Origin: Trichechus inunguis
Lineage: Eukaryota
Assembly (NCBI GenBank): GCA_046562895.1
Contig: CM102164.1
Span: 32,843,842-32,907,841 of the forward strand
Direction of reading: 5' to 3'
Length of the DNA: 64,000 nucleotides
In this document: positions 59,496 to 64,000 of the stretch, piece after piece
Layout of the letters: each line of letters opens with the position of its first letter
How positions within the stretch are numbered: the stretch's first letter is position 1
Notes under the pieces: model-generated
Told to the model about the DNA's origin: nothing
The model's database searches: none
The model's input: the letters and a program-made list of their open reading frames with translations, nothing else
Made by a program: the position numbers and the translations under genes

Positions 59496-59580
59496 ACTGG
59501 ACAGTGTTTCATTCTGTTGTACACGGGGTCTCTATGAGTTGGAACTGACTCAACAGCACCTCACAGCAACAACAAATGGA
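59496..59580 (+). mobile_element. RTE copy 2, piece 3 of 3 (3' terminus)
   Basis: caggactggacagtgtttcattctgttgtacacggggtctctatgagttggaactgactcaacagcacctcacagcaacaacaa. Compare the 3' ends at 49075-49140 and, in antisense, at 17701-17760 and 62925-62990. Confidence 0.85.
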
Positions 59581-59599
59581 TAATTTATTTAGTTATTTA

Positions 59600-59915
59600 T
59601 TTATTGTCTCTCTCTACTCACCGAAATATTAGCTCCAGGAAGAAAGGAAGCTTTGTATATATTTTACTTCTGTGTCTCCTGAACCAAGAATAATAGGAGT
59701 CAAAGAATGTTAGTTAAGTGATGATTAAAATAAATAACTAAAATATTATTTCCTTAAGCAGCAACCAAAAAACCCGTTGCCGTCGAGTCAATTCTGACCC
59801 ACAGCAAGTTTTGTGTATTTATGTTACTGTTCTCTTCCCAATACCTAGAATAAGGTACTCAACAAATATGGGTTAAATGTTGATTAAATGAATAAATTTT
59901 ATATCCCCAAGAGGC
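59600..59915 (+). mobile_element. MIR-like SINE 3' fragments (two pieces, 59600-59760 and 59850-59915) flanking an AfroSINE tail fragment
   Basis: ..taaggtactcaacaaatatgggttaaatgttgattaaatgaataaat and ..aagaatgttagttaagtgatgattaaaataaataac resemble the MIR tail ..agtaagcgctcaataaatgttagctattatt. Confidence 0.3.
59760..59812 (-). mobile_element. AfroSINE 3'-end fragment
   Basis: aaaaaacccgttgccgtcgagtcaattctgacccacagcaagttttgtg is the reverse complement of the SINE tail ..gctgtgggtcagaattgactcgacggcaacgggtttttt. Confidence 0.55.
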
Positions 59916-60147
59916 CATTCCCTGACCAATCGTTCCCATACCCCACCTAAATTAGATATGCCCGATGGTTGTCTCACAGCACCTTATTCTTTTGCCTCTA
60001 TGTATGTGCCATAATTTGTAATCACATATTAAGTTGTGTTATGTTTGTCTCTCTCACTAGAATGTAAGCTTTTCAAAAGCAGTAATTGTGGCTGTCATAT
60101 TCACAACTCTATCTTCTGTACCAGTGTCTGGCAAAGTATAAAACCCA

Positions 60148-60353
60148 AAAAAACCAAACCCATTGCTGCTGAGTCGATTCTGACTCATAGCAACCTTATA
60201 GGACAGCATAGAACAGCCCCATATGGTTTCCTAGGCTGTAAATCTTTAAGGAAGTGGATCGCCACATCTTTCTCCCATGGAGCAGCTAGTGGTTTCCAAC
60301 CACTGACCTTTTGGTTAGCAGCTGAATGCTTAATCACTGTGCCACCAGGACTC
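60148..60353 (-). mobile_element. AfroSINE (first of a tandem pair)
   Basis: Reverse complement ggagtcctggtggcacagtgattaagcattcagctgctaaccaaaaggtcagtggttggaaaccactagctgctccatgggagaaagatgtggcgatccacttcc...ctatgagtcagaatcgactcagcagcaatgggtttgg. Confidence 0.85.
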
Positions 60354-60374
60354 CTTCCTGGTAAAGTATACCCA

Positions 60375-60537
60375 AACCAAAAACCAAACCCGTTGCTGTG
60401 GAGTCAATTCCAACCCATAGCAATACTAGAGGAGACAGTAAAACTGCCCCATAGGGTTTCCAAGGAGCAGCTGGTGGATTTGAACTGCTGATCTCTTGGT
60501 CAGCAGCTGAGCTCTTAACCACTGCGCCACCAGGGTT
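60375..60537 (-). mobile_element. AfroSINE (second of the tandem pair)
   Basis: Reverse complement ..gaaccctggtggcgcagtggttaagagctcagctgctgaccaagagatcagcagttcaaatccaccagctgctccttggaaaccctatggggcagttttactgtctcctctagtattgctatgggttggaattgactccacagcaacgggtttgg. Confidence 0.85.
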
Positions 60538-62924
60538 CTGGTATAGTGCTCAATAAATGTTTGTTGAATGAATGAGTAGCTAATTTTATGTACTTTTTAC
60601 GGTCATGTCACATTTAAGACATTGACTATGTTTGTTTTATCCTCTGTAAAGTAAGCACAAGAGGTATTGTGATGGGAAAATCTACCAACAGTTTCACACA
60701 CACATTCATATCAGCAGTGACTAATCAAGTGCTGGGAAGATTCTTTGTTCTCAAGGCTATAGATTGTAGGATTGTGAAAGAAAACGCATCGGAGATGTTT
60801 TGTCTGATTTTTTTTCCCCCTCATTGATTTTAATGTGAGAACATAATCACCTCTCAGACTTCCATCCTCTCTATACTCCCATCCCAGAACTTGCTCAGTG
60901 TCTGGGGCTTCATGACCCTGCTCGTCCCCTTCAGGACTTTCAAGCTTATCCATTCCCAGGAATTTTCAGCTGCCACAACCAGGAAAAAAGTAAGGACATA
61001 TCTCCCTTTCTGAGTCTGACTTTTAAAGCTTTGGATTCATTTCAAAGACCTATCCCTCAACTGCCACTTTTGAGAAACAGAAGAGTAAGTGTAAGTGGGA
61101 TGGGAAGAGGATGAAGGGATCTTTTCACATTAAATTTCTCCAGGCTGCTCTCACAACAAACCTATGAGGGGGCATAGGTGTAATATAAGAAAACTGTCTT
61201 GAGACGAATGGCCTCTGAATATAGTAAAAAATAGAGAAAATGTGGTTGGTGCTTGCAAAATGAATTCATGAACACACATGTCCCTCCCCCCTACCATGTT
61301 GCAAGAAGAAAGGGATGTGACAAGAACAGATGATGGTAATTGCATCTGTCAGATTCTGTGGCATAGCTCTTATGGGCTGGAGCTCCCAGTTGGGCACCGC
61401 CCTGCAGAAATCTTGCAGGCTGACCCCTGCTGCTGTCTTCACCTGGTCTCAGGATTACTGCTCCTCCAGAGATTAGGAAAATATCAGTGAGCTGCAGCTT
61501 TTACTGGCTGCCTAAGAACAGCCAGTGCTTTCCCTGCCCCAGGTTAACTCAGCCATGGAAAAAAGAATCCAAGAGACAAGGAATTAAAATAAAATCTCTG
61601 TGTCTGTCTGAGTTAGGAAGAAATGTCTTTCCAGTTTCAGAAGCCACAGCTACGCTTGGCTGACTCTCCGTCATAAGTCCTCCCACTGAATATCTGGTTT
61701 CCTACATGCAGGACTACTCCTCAGGACATCTTTCCCCCATCAAAACCGCATCCACCACAACAACAATTTGTAACGCTGCAAAGAGAAACACATCGCCTAA
61801 AACACACACCAGGCCTCTTGCTACTGCTTTAGAGAGTCTTATACATTCCTACCTGGAACATCTCTGGAACACCCCTCAAACCTCTCAACTTGCTAACCAT
61901 CCTTGATCACAAAGGTCATCCTCTACCTGATCTCTTTAGTTAGAATCAATTTCTCCTTTACCCAAACATCCAAACATCCATGTTTAACCTCTGCTGGATC
62001 ACTCAGTACTTCTACCTCAAGTAACCGTGTGGACAGGACTCCATTGTGTAGTCTTGCCCTTTCTCATCCTTTCCAACCATGCCCAGCACAGCAGTGACAG
62101 TATAGCAGATGAATGTCAAAACCATGTCAAAACCATGACAAAACCTTGGTCCGTTCTTCTGTTTCACTTGCTGCCTTCCCATCCCTGAAAGCCAGACAAG
62201 AAGCACCTGCAGGATGGCTTGCTCACCACTCACCTTGGGGTCTCCTCCACACGCAGCCACTCTACAGCCTCAGAAGCTAGATGTTCTATTAAAGCTCCCA
62301 CAGATCCGAGCCCTAAGTGACTCTTCACTGCAGCCTGAGCGGGCAGCTTTTACCTCCTCTTTCTTGCCAGAAGAAAAATTGTGCAAACATGGCTCTTCTG
62401 CCACTTTTAAAGGAGGTTCTTATACAAACTAAAGGCAATGGCTATGCAACCCTCCCTCTCCTAATTCCTTTCTCTTCTCTTCCTTCCTCTCTCCTTCCCT
62501 TCTGTTCCAGTCACCCTCTTAGAAGCCACAGACAGTTTTTGTGATGTGAGCTGCTGTTGTTCTCCCAATGCTGGTCCAGGCAAGATGGTCATATGATGGC
62601 TGGTGCTCTCTCCCAAACCAGAATGATTCTTTCATTCCAGAGGAAGCTACAGAGGTGGACCAGCTCCTCCTTCCCAGCTGGTGATGGGCCAGCCACATGT
62701 TTCAGAGGGGCAGGGTTCAGTGCCAGCACATATGGGAGATGCACTGAGCTACTGTCCATCCCTCCTACTTCTAGAAAGGGTGGGGATTGTGGTGGGGTCT
62801 CCAGACCGGATGCAAGTATACGAACTAGGCAGAAACAAAAACCTTCTGGGCTGAAAGGCCTGTATGTGAATTTGCCCTTAGTTCCAAATGGTCTGATCAT
62901 GTCACATCTTTCTGTTGTTGTTGT

Positions 62925-63720
62925 TAGATGCTGTCGAGTTGGTTCCAACTTATAACGACCCTATCAACAACAGAATGAAGCCCTGCCCTGTCCTGTGCCA
63001 TCCTCACAATCATTGTTATGCTTGAGCCCATTGTTGCAGCCACTGTGTCAATCCACCTCGTTGAAGATCTTCCTCTTTTTTGCTGACCCTGTACTTTACC
63101 AAGCATGATGTCCTTCTCCAGGGACTGATCTCTCCTGACAACATGTCTAAAGTGTGTAAAACGTAGTCTCACTACCCTTGCTTCTAAGAAGCATTCTGGT
63201 TGTACTTCTTCCAAGACAGAACTGTTCATTCTTTTGGCAGTCCATGGTATATTCAATATTCTTCACCAACACCACAATTCAAAGACATCAATTCTTCTTC
63301 GGTCTTTCTTATTCATTGTCCAGCTTTCGTATGCATGTGAGGTGATTGAAAACACTATGGCTTGGGTCAGGCACGCCTTAGTCCTCAAAGTGACATCTTT
63401 GCTTTTCAACACTTTAAAGAGGTCTTTTGATGCAGATTTGCCCAATGCAATGCATCTTTTGATTTCTTGACTGCTGCTTCCATGAGTGTTGATTGTGGAT
63501 CCAAGTAAAATGAAATCCTTGACAACTTCAATCTTTTCTGCATTTATCGTGATGTTGCTTATTGGTCCAGGTGTGAGGATTTTTGTTTTCTTTATGTTGA
63601 GGTATAATCCACGTTGAAGGCTGTGGTCTTTGATTTTCATCAGTAAGTGCTTCAAGTCCTCTTCACTTTCAGCAAGCTAGGTTGTGTCATCTGCATAACG
63701 TAGGTTGTTAATGAGTCTTT
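62925..63720 (-). mobile_element. RTE/BovB-type LINE 3' fragment (about 0.8 kb)
   Basis: Starts with the antisense 3' terminus tgttgttgttagatgctgtcgagttggttccaacttataacgaccctatcaacaacagaatg. Minus ORFs 62924..63256 (..RLRFTHFRHVVRRDQSLEKDIMLGKVQGQQKRGRSSTRWIDTVAATMGSSITMIVRMAQDRAGLHSVV..) and 63263..63655 (MKHLLMKIKDHSLQRGLYLNIKKTKILTPGPISNITINAEKIEVVKDFILLGSTINTHGSSSQEIKRCIALGKSASKDLFKVLKSKDVTLRTKACLTQAIVFSITSHAYESWTMNKKDRRRIDVFELWCW). Confidence 0.9.
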
Positions 63721-64000
63721 TTTAACAACTTTGTTAACATCTTTATGAGGGAGTTGGAAAATGGCCTTTAAAGAAAGAGAGCTAGGAAAAACAGCTCATT
63801 AAACATTACACACTTACCACACGTGCACAAGGATCGCAGGAAATAAAGTTAGCCCTTTGCCCATATTCTGGATGTACTAAACTCTGTGTTCTCAGATTTC
63901 CCAAAGATTTATGGGAAGCAATTTCCAGCAGACAAGTGGAGAAGACTACCTAAGAGAGGGTGAAGGCATTGAACCCTGCAAGCTGTATGTGGAGTAGGAG

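Noticed and set aside
1-64000. Possibility of a prokaryotic defence/accessory system, CRISPR array, operon or prophage, as suggested by the task framing
   Set aside because: Gene-like ORFs are sparse, short and interrupted. All strong protein signals are LINE RT/ORF1 remnants. There are no direct-repeat-plus-spacer arrays of 25-40 bp and no RBS-spaced co-oriented ORF runs. The repeat families are characteristic of a mammalian (Afrotherian) nuclear genome.

Overview
This 64 kb window is mammalian nuclear DNA, not prokaryotic, and contains no operons, CRISPR arrays, rRNA/tRNA genes or phage/plasmid structure. The repeat content points to an Afrotherian genome (elephant, manatee, hyrax or tenrec type). 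Evidence: (1) at least ten copies of the tRNA-derived AfroSINE (ggagccctggtggtgcagtggttaag...ctatgagtcggaatcgactcgacggca); (2) at least five RTE/BovB-type LINE copies (RTE1-like), whose 3' end is shared with the AfroSINE tail; (3) numerous L1 copies carrying recognisable ORF1 and ORF2 motifs ([36 protein letters not shown] region, [31 protein letters not shown]). I estimate more than 65% of the window is interspersed repeats. Main structures: a cluster of four large minus-strand L1 elements (approx. 19.3-23.5 kb, 23.5-27.3 kb, 30.3-38.0 kb, 39.9-46.1 kb) and one plus-strand L1 (49.4-54.9 kb). Several of these carry nested SINE or LTR-like insertions. One RTE (55.0-59.6 kb) is split into three pieces by two later insertions. 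An endogenous retrovirus remnant (11.1-13.0 kb) keeps an env SU/TM junction, a polypurine tract and a 3' LTR. I could not support any host protein-coding exon from the sequence alone. The remaining unique, AT-rich, CpG-poor stretches look like intergenic or intronic DNA. The most notable points are an L1 that has lost almost all of ORF2 (HAL1-like architecture), a 19-bp tag shared by two L1 3' ends that suggests 3' transduction from a common source, the ERV env remnant, and several datable nested insertions. I see no novel biological system and claim none. All coordinates are approximate (within about 10-20 bp), and all classification is by eye without database searches.
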